From Clostridia bacterium (GTDB taxonomy: Bacteria > Bacillota > Clostridia > Oscillospirales > CAG-272), in the NCBI GenBank assembly GCA_017473085.1, contig JAFUNF010000012.1:29415-93414 (forward strand): DNA of 64,000 nt. Direction: 5' to 3'. This document shows, one piece after another, positions 19,420 to 29,791 of this stretch; position 1 is the first letter of the stretch, and every line of letters begins with the position of its first letter. The notes under the pieces are model-generated. The model was not told where the DNA came from and searched no databases. It was given only the letters and a program-made list of their open reading frames with translations. A program made the position numbers and the translations under genes.

Positions 19420-19461
19420 TTTAATTATATCACACCATACAAAGCATTTTAAACATTTTTC
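19420..19461 (-). promoter_or_regulatory. Promoter module, copy 2 (shared with 10064-10107)
   Basis: ATTATATCACACCATA..AAGCATTT..AAACATTTTTC. Confidence 0.6.
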
Positions 19462-19532
19462 GTTTGGTTGTGATTTCGTACGCACATCGAAACCAAATCA
19501 AAATGTCCCTTGAGTGTCCCTTTTGTTCGCAA

Positions 19533-20222
19533 TTAAATTTGATGATTATCTATGCCCAAGGCACGCAGAGCCTCGGTAAGACAAGTCTTATACCTGTGGC
19601 TTACGCTTGTGTTCAAAAAATATAGCTTTCCTTGTGAAATAATCAAGGGGCAAAAGAATTTATTATCAAAAATCTTATCAGAGATAGCCGTATCAACAAT
19701 GTAGTTCTTTAGGTTTTTTAGGTTTTCCTCCAAATTATTTTGAATAAAAATCACGCAAAAATAATAGCGATACGATTTTTCGGCAAATTTCATTCCCTCA
19801 TTGACGTCGAAGATACCCTGTTCTTCAAATGATGTTTCGTGATAGTATTCAGTACACGTTGTTTTGCCCTTGTGAACAACACGCTCATAGGTAAGTGCAA
19901 ATCTGTAATCCTCGTAATATCCACGCTCCAAAAGTATTTGCTTTATCTCCATAGGGCTTTTTAAAGGATAATTTACAGACGTGAAGTCTACATTTGCCAG
20001 CTCTTCTTTTTTTCGTTGTGTCTGAAAAGCAATAAGCTTTTTGTAATTGAAGGCAATTAGTATAAAAGCACCTACGCTACTACACAAGGAAGCTACAATA
20101 AGTAAGCTAAGGGCAACTGTTGAAAACGGCTCTAAAAATATGCCTATACCCAAAAATGCACACGCGAAAGCAATTAGAATAAAGGAGATAACAATTAGCA
20201 AAATAAACCTTTTTTGTGTCAC
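19533..20222 (-). CDS. Hypothetical protein with two N-terminal TM helices
   Basis: 229-aa ORF, GTG start after AAGGAG. Confidence 0.7.
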   Translation of the reverse strand: MTQKRFILLIVISFILIAFACAFLGIGIFLEPFSTVALSLLIVASLCSSVGAFILIAFNYKKLIAFQTQRKKEELANVDFTSVNYPLKSPMEIKQILLERGYYEDYRFALTYERVVHKGKTTCTEYYHETSFEEQGIFDVNEGMKFAEKSYRYYFCVIFIQNNLEENLKNLKNYIVDTAISDKIFDNKFFCPLIISQGKLYFLNTSVSHRYKTCLTEALRALGIDNHQI

Positions 20223-20237
20223 ATTGGCTCCTTTTTC

Positions 20238-21590
20238 TTAAATTACTATTCTTACGTTATTCTCTTTTCCTTGGGCTAAGTGGGTGGTTTGGGTAGTGGA
20301 TTTTCCGTTTACGGTAACCTTTATTTCGTATTCGCCATAGAAGCCACGAAGGTGTGCTTCTCCGTTTGTGGCTACGGTGTCAAGATTTGTACGCCACTTT
20401 TTATTTATAAGGTTGTCGAGCATATGATATGCAGGCTTTGGAGTCAAATCAAAGTTAAGAAGTCCACCATAATAAACGTTTTCGCCAATGGTCATATTTC
20501 CTTGAGACTCACGAATTTTTTCCGGTATTTTATCGGGATTATATACATATGTGTAGCCGTCTACCAAATTCCAATAAATAATCTGCTCCATATTTGGATG
20601 AGAGAACCAAAGGGTGTAAAGGTATTCAATAAGCTTTGCTTGAATTTCCTCGTCAAGCTTGTCGTTTGAATAAGCGGGAATTGTTATTTCGGTAATTTGC
20701 AAGGCATCTACAAGATTAGAGTACAAATTCATTTGATTGTACAAGTGAATAGGATTATATAGCTTATTTGACTTTTCCTTTTCCTCTTCTCTGTTGAAGA
20801 ACATATGAAACTGCATTCCCATAGCATCTATACGTGCTCCCTTAAGCTTTGTTGCCTCGGTATACGCATAGTAGGGTGCTACACATTTGCATTCGTAAAG
20901 CCAAGCCTCGGCAGTGCCTTCGTTTATAACAAGCTGATTATTAGGGAAATATTTGTCAGCGGTTTTGAAGCACCATTCAACGTAGGTGGGATGGTTATAG
21001 AATTGTGTTACGCCCTCTCCCCAATACATTTCGTTAGTAACCTCAATAGTACGGATTTTGTCCTTGTACCTTTCGGAAATTTCCTTATATCTGCGTTCAA
21101 GCTCTACCTTTACCTCTTCAACGGGTGCGTTCTTTAGCCAAAGTGGAAAGGTTTGGTCGTAGGCTAAGGCATGCTCACGAGGCTCAATGTTATTTTCCTC
21201 ACAATACTCTATGCACAAATCAATAGGTGGACGGCGGTAAAATTTATAGGAGTCCTTACTATATCTTGGCTGTCCCTTTATCTCCTCAAGGGAGTTCCAA
21301 TAAAATGGCAGAGTTGCCATATTGAAAACGTCCTTAAAGCGACTTTTATAAATTTGGTTCTTTTCTTCTGTTTCAAGCTCGTCAAGCATAAACAAATTAG
21401 CACCAAATCTAAAATCGTGGTTTTTTTGCTTTACCTCTATTTTTGCATTGGGGATTGGATTTCCATTTTCGTCAACGACGGAAACTGTCATATCTCCCTT
21501 ACGATACTTTTCTATGTTCGGATATACTGTATTTTCGAAAAATTCCTTATTTTCTTCAAAATATTTTAGAACTTCTTTTCTGTTGCTCAT
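20238..21590 (-). CDS. GH10-family glycoside hydrolase, no signal peptide
   Basis: FNMATLPFYW, EVTNE (acid/base), INE, GMQFH, ITE (nucleophile), GL....PKPAY. Confidence 0.8.
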   Translation of the reverse strand: MSNRKEVLKYFEENKEFFENTVYPNIEKYRKGDMTVSVVDENGNPIPNAKIEVKQKNHDFRFGANLFMLDELETEEKNQIYKSRFKDVFNMATLPFYWNSLEEIKGQPRYSKDSYKFYRRPPIDLCIEYCEENNIEPREHALAYDQTFPLWLKNAPVEEVKVELERRYKEISERYKDKIRTIEVTNEMYWGEGVTQFYNHPTYVEWCFKTADKYFPNNQLVINEGTAEAWLYECKCVAPYYAYTEATKLKGARIDAMGMQFHMFFNREEEKEKSNKLYNPIHLYNQMNLYSNLVDALQITEITIPAYSNDKLDEEIQAKLIEYLYTLWFSHPNMEQIIYWNLVDGYTYVYNPDKIPEKIRESQGNMTIGENVYYGGLLNFDLTPKPAYHMLDNLINKKWRTNLDTVATNGEAHLRGFYGEYEIKVTVNGKSTTQTTHLAQGKENNVRIVI

Positions 21591-21748
21591 TTTTAACTCC
21601 TTGGGGTTTATTATCTATAAGAATTGTATCACAAAAACAATCATTTGACAATAGTTAATGTGGTTGTTTTTGCTAAAATACTGTGGTATAATAAAAAAAG
21701 ACAGTTTTCTTAACGTTTCTAAATATAACACAAAAAGGACACTCCAAC

Positions 21749-21820
21749 TGATATCCCCCTTAGTGTAGTCTTGAAAAACTTTTGTTTTTTTCAAGTGTCT
21801 ACTCTAAAGGGATTATATCA
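21749..21820. mobile_element. 72-bp MITE with IS3-family-like ends, inserted in a terminator loop
   Basis: TG...CA ends, imperfect inverted repeats TGATAT..CCCTT(T)AG.GTAG, 3-bp direct repeat AAC on both sides, host stem AAAAAGGACACT/AGTGTCCTTTTT. Confidence 0.7.
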
Positions 21821-21840
21821 AACCCGAAGTGTCCTTTTTT

Positions 21841-23175
21841 CTATTGCTTTATAGTAATTGAGCCGTCATCGTTATAGATGATTTTGTCGCCTTGAGAGTT
21901 CAAGCCCTCAATGTAGCTGAAATATTCCTCCTTTGAGGCGAATTGGCTCTTATAGTTAGCCTTGATTTTCTTTGCTCGTTCTCCGCCGTTTTCAAGCAAA
22001 AGAATTATCATAGCAAGCTGCCATTTTGCACTGACAACGCAAGCAGTATATGGGTCGCTTATACAAAAATCATCACCGTGTACCTTACCACTGGCTCCTG
22101 CCACGTAGGGATGAACAACAGGCATAAGTCCACAAAGCTCTCCCATATCGGTGCTTCCTCTGCCAACGTCGTTTCCAATAGGATAATTAATCTCTGGCAT
22201 AGCTATCCTTGCTGCATCACTCGAAAGCTCTAACATGCCCTTATCGTTTTTAAGAGGTGCGTATCCAGGAAAATCCTCTATCTCCACGTTTGCACCCATT
22301 GATACTGCTGCACCACATAGGGCACGATTGATTTTCTTGTTTTCACGCATTATAGCCTCAAAGGTAGCACCTCTGACAAAGCTTTCAATAGTAACAGTCT
22401 CAGGGATTGCATTAACCACCTCTCCACCATGTGTGATTATAGGGTGGAAGCGAATAAGGTCAGTCTCCTTGAAGGTTTCACGCAGGGCGTTTGCTGCACT
22501 CAAACCTTGTGTCGCAGCATAAAGAGCGTTTATTCCTAACTCAGGGCTTCCTCCTGCGTGGGCAGACACTCCCTTATACTTAATCTTTTTAGCAACACAA
22601 CCGATAGCACCCTGTCCTACTCCTGTGCCTGTGGACGTGTGTACCATAAATGCAAGGTCAACTCCGTCAAAATATCCACGATACAAAAACTCGCCCTTAC
22701 CACCAAAATATTTGATTATTCCTTGCTTTTTAAGCTCATTTCTGTACTCAATTTCAATCAATTCCTCAGCAGGCACTACACAAAGACGAACCCTGCCACA
22801 AAGCCTTGACAGAACCTTCTCTTCCTTGAGAGATGCGGCAATTCCAAGCATAGCGGCACATTGAGCGTGATGTCCACAGGCGTGAACGTATCCTGTTTTA
22901 GGGTCACATTCCTTGTGGTTTGGGCATACAAGAGAATCCATTTCTGCAAGGACTAAAACCTCAGGTCCCTCTCTGCCTGTATCTACAACAGTATAAAAGC
23001 CTGGAATATTTCCTGCCATTACAAGATTTTCGTAGCCAAGCTCTCTAAATCTTTCAGCCATATAGGCAGATGTATTTACCTCACGATAGCCTGTTTCTGG
23101 ATGCTTCCAAATATATCGCTCGGCTTCAAGAATCATATTTTTGTACTTTTCTATACAATCAAGTAATTCTTTCAT
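21841..23175 (-). CDS. M20 family amidohydrolase
   Basis: HPETGYRE, AEMD, HACGH, PAEE, AHAG and GSTDMG motifs. Confidence 0.9.
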   Translation of the reverse strand: MKELLDCIEKYKNMILEAERYIWKHPETGYREVNTSAYMAERFRELGYENLVMAGNIPGFYTVVDTGREGPEVLVLAEMDSLVCPNHKECDPKTGYVHACGHHAQCAAMLGIAASLKEEKVLSRLCGRVRLCVVPAEELIEIEYRNELKKQGIIKYFGGKGEFLYRGYFDGVDLAFMVHTSTGTGVGQGAIGCVAKKIKYKGVSAHAGGSPELGINALYAATQGLSAANALRETFKETDLIRFHPIITHGGEVVNAIPETVTIESFVRGATFEAIMRENKKINRALCGAAVSMGANVEIEDFPGYAPLKNDKGMLELSSDAARIAMPEINYPIGNDVGRGSTDMGELCGLMPVVHPYVAGASGKVHGDDFCISDPYTACVVSAKWQLAMIILLLENGGERAKKIKANYKSQFASKEEYFSYIEGLNSQGDKIIYNDDGSITIKQ

Positions 23176-23235
23176 TTTTTCGCTCCTTTAATTCCTTACA
23201 ATATTGTCCCCTTATTTTTGCTATTAAAATCATTA

Positions 23236-25662
23236 TTAAATTAAAAGCTCATAGGATTCCGAAAGGGTATTATTTTCGTAGACTATGGTTTTAACCTCGT
23301 ATTTGCCAAAGGCTAAGGGGAGCTTGTTGCCGTTTACCTCTATGTAGGAATCCACCTTATTTGGTGTGTTGTTTAGTAATCTGAATATAATGGCATTTTT
23401 ACCATAAGCCTTTTTAACTGTTGGCATAGATATTATATCGCCACCGACAGAAACGTCTAAGTCACTTACTTTATTTTCGTTTGGAATTGGGAAAATATTA
23501 AGGGCAAAGGGCTTTTGTGTAAATTCCATTGTCTTGCGCTCAAGATTTTCTCTTGGTGCGACAGTAAGCCTGAAGGAATAGTTATTCTCTCCTTGGTCGA
23601 TTTTTTTGGTATATCTATCCGACGGAATTAGCTGTCTTTGTCCTATTGGGTGGGCACAGTAGGTTACTCCACGAGCTAAGGACATATAAAGACAATTGTT
23701 CTCAAAATGGCTACCATAAACGTCCTTATTAAGCAAGGCAAGGCACTTGTCAGCAGTCTCAACTGCTACAAATCTATGGGCTACGTTTTCTCTTGCATCC
23801 ATAAAGAGTGTGTCGGTGCCAAAGGCAGTTTGTCCTATAAGAGTGCCCTCCTTCGCTATTGGAAGCTTAAGCTTAATTATCTTGTTTATGTCGTTCATAT
23901 ACAAGGTAACGTCTATATCCATATCGTCGTTGTTTTTGTATATTTTATAAAGTATTCTTGCACGAGTGTTATCACATTCAAAAAAGGCTTCAATACCAAG
24001 ATAAATATCACCGTTTTCGATAAGCTGTATGCTTTGCATATTCTTAAAGGGTCCCTCTGGCTTTTGGGAAAGTGTAAAGGATTTTTCGTTTGTGCCAACT
24101 CTTTTAAGCTGTTCTCCACTCATACCCCAAGGGTCCTCGTTGTCATCAAAGCTACATAGACCAAAGCCTTCCTTGACGTACTCAACTCCGTCTATTTTAT
24201 ATGAGGAAAGCAAGCCTGTTTTTTCATCAATTTTTACATACTTGTGTCCGTTGTCAAAGACAAACGTCTGCTCCTTTTGTGTATCCTTTGCCTCAACAAA
24301 ATCTATATAAGTGCTGAAGCGTGCAAGGGACATTGGCTTTAGCTTAGCCTCAAAAATAATGCGTTTTCTCCAGTCAAGGCTTAGGTTTGAGTCTTCCTTT
24401 ATTACTTGATATGGCACACTATTTCCGTTCTCATCTACAACTGTTATGTGAGAGGAAATATCCTGTTGCCAATTTTGGTCGGCAAGTGAAAATTCACACT
24501 CTACGTTTTCACAAATTTCATAAGGATGTGGGTTGAATACCACTATTGGAAATTCTCCAGTCTTTGCTGGCTTTTGACTGGTTGAAAGTGCAAAATAAGC
24601 CTTGATTTTTGCCCTTTCTGCTTCAAGCATACCATGATTTAAAAATCTTAATCCTGCATCCTCTCCACATTGTATTGAGGTGCCAGGCAAAACATCGTGA
24701 AACTCTGCGTTTAAAAGGTCCTTTACTGCTTCTTGGATTTCCTTTTCAGGGTAGGTGTCAAGGGCACCCTTCATATATGCAACAGATGAGATTTTTTCTG
24801 CCATTGATATTTCATTTTCAAGCTGTGCGTGGAGCTTTTTTACACGATACATTGAGGTATAACAGCCTGGCATTGAAATGCGAAGCGATTTGTCAAAAAC
24901 GTTTACTGGTGCAACCTTAGAAAAGAATTTTTCGGGGGTTGAGTGTATGTAATTTATCTCTTTATCTGTTAAAAGCTCGTTTTTAATGTCGGTTAAGTCC
25001 TTGTGTGAGGGTCCACCACCATGGTTGCCAACTCCCCACAAAACTGCACCAACTGGTACATTTTGATAATTTGCTCGGTTTCTGATTGAATTTACGCTTT
25101 TACCGAGTGCTGTACCATAGCTACCCGGAATACGCATTGCCTTTATTTCGCTACTGTCAAGTCCTTTCCAAATAAATTGCTCGCTTGGTAGTTGACATTC
25201 ACTTTCATAAGGACGCATAAACATATAGCTGTCCTGACCACATTTTTTAATTATTTGAACAAGTCCAACAGTATGTCCAAAGGGGTCAAGATTCATTGCA
25301 GTTGTTGGCTTAACACCGAATTTTTCCTCAAAATATCTCTGTCCCTCTCGAATTTGTCTTACAAAGCTCTCGCCACAGGGCATATTGCAGTCAGGCTGAA
25401 GATACCAGCCACCCATTATATGCCATTTTCCATCTTTAACAAGCTTCTTGATTTTTTCAAAAAGCTCGGGAGCATACTCCTCAACGTATTTATAAACCGT
25501 CACCTCGTTGTGACAAAAAATATAATCAAATTCCTCGCATAGCTTAACGGCTGAATAAAAGGTCGAAAGCGTAGCACTAACTCCCTCAGGCCAGTCCCAT
25601 TGCCAAATAGGGTCAATATGTGCATTACATATTAGGTGTATTTCCTTCTTTGAGTTTTCCAT
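23236..25662 (-). CDS. GH38 alpha-mannosidase
   Basis: HIDPIWQW, DPFGH, GVGNHGGGP and FHDVLPGT motifs. Confidence 0.9.
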   Translation of the reverse strand: MENSKKEIHLICNAHIDPIWQWDWPEGVSATLSTFYSAVKLCEEFDYIFCHNEVTVYKYVEEYAPELFEKIKKLVKDGKWHIMGGWYLQPDCNMPCGESFVRQIREGQRYFEEKFGVKPTTAMNLDPFGHTVGLVQIIKKCGQDSYMFMRPYESECQLPSEQFIWKGLDSSEIKAMRIPGSYGTALGKSVNSIRNRANYQNVPVGAVLWGVGNHGGGPSHKDLTDIKNELLTDKEINYIHSTPEKFFSKVAPVNVFDKSLRISMPGCYTSMYRVKKLHAQLENEISMAEKISSVAYMKGALDTYPEKEIQEAVKDLLNAEFHDVLPGTSIQCGEDAGLRFLNHGMLEAERAKIKAYFALSTSQKPAKTGEFPIVVFNPHPYEICENVECEFSLADQNWQQDISSHITVVDENGNSVPYQVIKEDSNLSLDWRKRIIFEAKLKPMSLARFSTYIDFVEAKDTQKEQTFVFDNGHKYVKIDEKTGLLSSYKIDGVEYVKEGFGLCSFDDNEDPWGMSGEQLKRVGTNEKSFTLSQKPEGPFKNMQSIQLIENGDIYLGIEAFFECDNTRARILYKIYKNNDDMDIDVTLYMNDINKIIKLKLPIAKEGTLIGQTAFGTDTLFMDARENVAHRFVAVETADKCLALLNKDVYGSHFENNCLYMSLARGVTYCAHPIGQRQLIPSDRYTKKIDQGENNYSFRLTVAPRENLERKTMEFTQKPFALNIFPIPNENKVSDLDVSVGGDIISMPTVKKAYGKNAIIFRLLNNTPNKVDSYIEVNGNKLPLAFGKYEVKTIVYENNTLSESYELLI

Positions 25663-25732
25663 ATCGTTTACTCCTGTGCTTCGTTTTAATTATTATAGCA
25701 CAGCAAATTGGGCAATTCAATATAGAGACATC

Positions 25733-25762
25733 AAAAACGAGTGCAGAAATGCACTCGTTTTT
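25733..25762 (-). terminator. Intrinsic terminator
   Basis: AAAAACGAGTGCA-GAAA-TGCACTCGTTTTT. Confidence 0.8.
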
Positions 25763-25797
25763 GTGTGTTTAATTCTATTAAACTTCAATTTTACTCT

Positions 25798-26823
25798 TTA
25801 GTTACCATCTAATTCAATCCACAATGCAGGAACAACTCCGTTGCAAGTTTCACTAAAAAAGTAAGAGGTTTCATAAAGAGTCCCTTTTATTGTTACTGAT
25901 TTTACAAATTCTGAGTCGTATGGCGAAGGGGAACGCAACCACCAGTTTCCATTACCAAAGTATTCCGTTACCTTGTTCATATAAACCCCGTTTGCTCTTG
26001 TGTAATCACTTGTGACTTTTTTTCTTGTATTTGCTTCCGTTAATGTACTGTGTGTGAAACCGTAATCTCCCTCACATACTTCTGTATATGCAAGTAAAAA
26101 AATTTTGTCATCAGTTGCTTTTGAACTATTTCCAATGTCCCCACTTGTGCTACTAGAGTTATCCACATGTGTTGTTATGATTATTTCCCTTTGGTACTTT
26201 TCAAAAGCAGTTTCATAAAATTGCTCATTTAGCCATTGCCTAATGGTACTATCTATGTATTTATTTGAGCCTTCGAAAAAATCGTTGTGATATGCTTGAT
26301 TGTCTATTATACTGTCGCAAAGAAGGAATGCATTGCCATCTTTCTCTGATAAAATTCTCCATTTTATAGGCTCAACCTTAAAGTAATAGACATTATCCTT
26401 TACTACAGCTTCTCTTGTTGAAAAAACATAGCCCTCTTCTTCGAAGGGATCGGCGATTACCTTGGCATAATATTTGCCATCGCTTCCAAGAAAATATCCC
26501 TTTTCGTTCTGAGTTTCAGTTATTTCTACGTCCTCAGACTTTATGGTTTGTGGATATGAACCGAAGTAAATATAGTCACCTTCTCGTCTGTAATAAGGCA
26601 AATTATTAGGGTTGCTATTTTCTTCTTCATCCTCTTCTAAGTCGGAGTCTGGATTTGTTTCGGTTCCCGTTTGGGTTTCCGTTTCAATTACTGTTTGTTT
26701 ATCGGTATTCAGTTCATTTTCTATATCTTTAAGTGCATCAAATAATGCACTGCATGATGTAGTGGAAAATAAACAAGCAATTACCAATATGATCGAAATT
26801 GTTTTGATACCTTTTTTTATCAT
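25798..26823 (-). CDS. DUF6273-like putative lipoprotein
   Basis: FGSYPQT, FKVEPIKWRIL, STIRQWLN, DKIFLL, WWLRSP and GVVPAL motifs; signal peptide with Cys. Confidence 0.75.
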   Translation of the reverse strand: MIKKGIKTISIILVIACLFSTTSCSALFDALKDIENELNTDKQTVIETETQTGTETNPDSDLEEDEEENSNPNNLPYYRREGDYIYFGSYPQTIKSEDVEITETQNEKGYFLGSDGKYYAKVIADPFEEEGYVFSTREAVVKDNVYYFKVEPIKWRILSEKDGNAFLLCDSIIDNQAYHNDFFEGSNKYIDSTIRQWLNEQFYETAFEKYQREIIITTHVDNSSSTSGDIGNSSKATDDKIFLLAYTEVCEGDYGFTHSTLTEANTRKKVTSDYTRANGVYMNKVTEYFGNGNWWLRSPSPYDSEFVKSVTIKGTLYETSYFFSETCNGVVPALWIELDGN

Positions 26824-26879
26824 TATTCAATGTTTCCTCTATTTTTCGAATAGAGTCTCCTATTCTCTTTTTATGCAGA

Positions 26880-27626
26880 TTAGTCTACGAATTCAAACGT
26901 GATTTTTATATTTTTAATTGCATAATGATCGTCATATCCGTAGCTTTTTGAGAGTTTTCCGCACACCTTACCTTCTTTTAAAAACTTACGTGCAGTAGTT
27001 GTAGTTTCACCAGAAAAGTGCGTATAATTTGTTGCAGAGCTAGAATCCCAAACCTTTGAATAAACGTTCTCCTTGCCACTGCTGTGACTATTTGCTAAAG
27101 TAAAGCTCATATCTGTTCTACTATAACGAGATGCATCCTTAAGATCGAAGGAATATGTAATTTTTACATTTTTATCAAGATTTCCCTTTATAGCATTTTT
27201 GATTTCGGGAGTTAACGTAAATGTAAACGATACAGATCCGTAACCAGACCACGTTACCGGGTCTTCTATATTGATCTCTTCTTCAAAATTAAGTTCAGAT
27301 ATAGGGTTCCACTGAGCGTAAAATACCGAAGGAAGTCCTTCTAGCCAAATTGTTGAGGATTTGCCTGTTATGTCAAAATACTTATCTCCACCCTCTTCAG
27401 ATGAATAAAATCCATCGAAATAATATCCTGGTTTGGCAGGCACATCAACTGTTGCTTCTTTTCCATATTGTACAGTATAATCCGTTTTTACCGTACCATT
27501 ATATGTACTGATTGTTGTTTGCTTTGCACCCCCACCCACTGAGGAACCTGAGAACATTCCACAGCCTGCAAAACAAAGTAAAGTTGCAATTGCCAATACA
27601 AATGCTAAAATTTTTGTTGTTTTCAT
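26880..27626 (-). CDS. Lipoprotein with one InlB B-repeat-like domain
   Basis: Lipobox FAGC; P.KPGYYFDGFY...FYAQW; start moved to ATG 27626. Confidence 0.7.
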   Translation of the reverse strand: MKTTKILAFVLAIATLLCFAGCGMFSGSSVGGGAKQTTISTYNGTVKTDYTVQYGKEATVDVPAKPGYYFDGFYSSEEGGDKYFDITGKSSTIWLEGLPSVFYAQWNPISELNFEEEINIEDPVTWSGYGSVSFTFTLTPEIKNAIKGNLDKNVKITYSFDLKDASRYSRTDMSFTLANSHSSGKENVYSKVWDSSSATNYTHFSGETTTTARKFLKEGKVCGKLSKSYGYDDHYAIKNIKITFEFVD

Positions 27627-27729
27627 TTTTATATCCTTCCTCAAAATAACTATAGCTTAATGATATCAAATATGCATTAAGTTTAATACGATTATAACGC
27701 AATTCGGTTGTTGCTTTATTTGCCTATAC

Positions 27730-29634
27730 TTAGTCCTTCCAAGTATAGTTTATTATAGCTTCGCCACTTGAATTGTTTGTCCATATATTGTTTTTGAATG
27801 ATGAATGATAGCCTTTTTGCTCATAACAATTTGAAACTGTATCGTTGTGTTTTGGGCAAAATGCATTCTTTCCTGCATTCTGGTTCCAAACATAAAGTCC
27901 TTTTGCTGAAGACGTTATCTGATTTTTGTAAACTATCGAATCGAACAAACGTCCACTAGACTTTAAGTTACCAACCAAGCCTCCCACATAGGAATATGCA
28001 TCTCCCCACTTGTTAAATACTTCAGTTTTAATATTTGCCAAAGCATACGTGCTTATTGTATTTTGTCTGCTATAGCAATCGGATATTTCGCAAAAAGCTT
28101 GTCCAACAATTCCACCAGCATACGCAACTGAATCCTTACCCTTAGAAACAACTTTCAAATTGAGGGCTCCATTCTCTACTCCGCAACGTTCTACCTTTGA
28201 ATTTTCCAACGATTGACCACAGATATAACCTGCATATCCACTATTAACCACCATCGATGTTTTGCTTCCAAACTCAATCTTTTCAAAACTGCAATTATTA
28301 ACCAACACGTTATGAATTGTACCTTCGTTTATTCCACACACAACTCCTACATTTAACGTATTAGAAGCCGTATTTGTAATCTCGCTGAATGTGCAATTTT
28401 CAAATTTGACGTTTTCTATTCTAGCAGATGCACAAACTCTTCCAAAGAATCCTGCGTTTTCAGAATTTATGTTTGTGTTCTTGTAATTCTTTATAGAATA
28501 CCCATCACCAACCAAAATTCCTTTAAATTCTTCTATATAGTTGTTTCTGTAATTTTCTCCTGCAAAATCAATATTATTAACAAGTTTAAACCAAACATTT
28601 TCGTTATTTTTGCTCATACAACTTTCAAAATCTTCAACCGTTCTAATAATGTATGGATTTTCTTTCGTTCCATTTCCTTGTGGAAGATTTACTTGACCTT
28701 CGTCAGGCTCAGGAAGTATGTCATCAACGTTTACAGATCCATAATATGTTTCTGGTTTGCTAAAATCCAACTCATCTAACGGTAATTCAAGCTTGCTATT
28801 TTCTGTTAGATCCACTGAAAATTCATCTACAGAATATACCATTTCATCATACAAAAACACCCAGTTAGAGAATGATGTTATTGTTGCCTCGGCTTTATCT
28901 GGATTAAAAATTACTAATCCAAAAACATCGGCTACACCAAGTGTAACATAATTATAATATCCAGATGGTGTAATATCTGGTGCAAATGTGAATGACATAG
29001 TTTTTTCGGTAACCAATGTGGTAGCTTTGCTGGATTCGTTTAGTTGGGATAATGTACTTCCTTTGGAAGAATTAATCCCAAATTTTTCCTCTAATCCAAA
29101 TTCTAATGTTTGCTCGACAGATACTCCTGTGCTTGCCTCTACTCCTGCGCTCGCAAATCCAGCATCTACAGAAGCTGAAGCTTTAACTTCAGCACTTACA
29201 GTATTGGACAAACCAGTCTTTGCGGAACCCGTTAATTCCTTTGTCCAAGAATCTGTTAAACTATTAGATTCTTCGAAGGATTTCGACACAGTTTCAGTAG
29301 TCATTTCTGAAATTGTAAATACCTGAGTTGACTCAATTTTGCCATCATACTTATACCAGTTTGCTGTAATATTACCGATCGGTACACCAGAAACTCTTCC
29401 CAAATAGTACACATAGTACCAAAGATTGTCATCTCTAAATGACTCTTGTAAATTATAGTTTTTTTTGTTTTGCTCAGAAGATAGTGCTACTGAGTAAAGT
29501 TCGTCAGAAGTTGATACATTTTCCAACGAAACAGTTGGTAATGTTGGCTCGTTATTAGTTGAACTTGTTTGGCAACCAGCCAATATTCCAACCAAAATAC
29601 AACACAGCACCATTATTGCGATTGTTTTTTTCAT
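27730..29634 (-). CDS. Lipoprotein: Ser/Thr-rich beta region plus GLUG-like C-terminal domain
   Basis: Lipobox LAGC; GNGTKENPYII, AGFFG, VGVVCG, AGGIVG and VGGLVG motifs. Confidence 0.7.
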   Translation of the reverse strand: MKKTIAIMVLCCILVGILAGCQTSSTNNEPTLPTVSLENVSTSDELYSVALSSEQNKKNYNLQESFRDDNLWYYVYYLGRVSGVPIGNITANWYKYDGKIESTQVFTISEMTTETVSKSFEESNSLTDSWTKELTGSAKTGLSNTVSAEVKASASVDAGFASAGVEASTGVSVEQTLEFGLEEKFGINSSKGSTLSQLNESSKATTLVTEKTMSFTFAPDITPSGYYNYVTLGVADVFGLVIFNPDKAEATITSFSNWVFLYDEMVYSVDEFSVDLTENSKLELPLDELDFSKPETYYGSVNVDDILPEPDEGQVNLPQGNGTKENPYIIRTVEDFESCMSKNNENVWFKLVNNIDFAGENYRNNYIEEFKGILVGDGYSIKNYKNTNINSENAGFFGRVCASARIENVKFENCTFSEITNTASNTLNVGVVCGINEGTIHNVLVNNCSFEKIEFGSKTSMVVNSGYAGYICGQSLENSKVERCGVENGALNLKVVSKGKDSVAYAGGIVGQAFCEISDCYSRQNTISTYALANIKTEVFNKWGDAYSYVGGLVGNLKSSGRLFDSIVYKNQITSSAKGLYVWNQNAGKNAFCPKHNDTVSNCYEQKGYHSSFKNNIWTNNSSGEAIINYTWKD

Positions 29635-29691
29635 AGTTTTTCTCTCCTTTTATTTTTGGATTTTTTTAGTTCGTTGAACAAATCCAATTTT

Positions 29692-29761
29692 ATTATAACG
29701 CATTTGCGTTTTATTGTCAAGGATTTTGCGTTTTATATTTTACGCAATTGCGTATTATAAT
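29692..29761. promoter_or_regulatory. Divergent promoters with ACGCA(A/T)TTGCGT operators
   Basis: Minus strand TTGACA(29720)-17-TATAAT(29697); palindromes at 29697-29710 and 29741-29754. Confidence 0.7.
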
Positions 29762-29791
29762 GAAGAAAAGATGCTTTGAAAGGGGATAATT

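Noticed and set aside
8312-26823. Diversity-generating retroelement (Avd-like remnant plus DUF6273-like protein)
   Set aside because: No reverse transcriptase and no template/variable repeat pair with adenine-specific mismatches was seen
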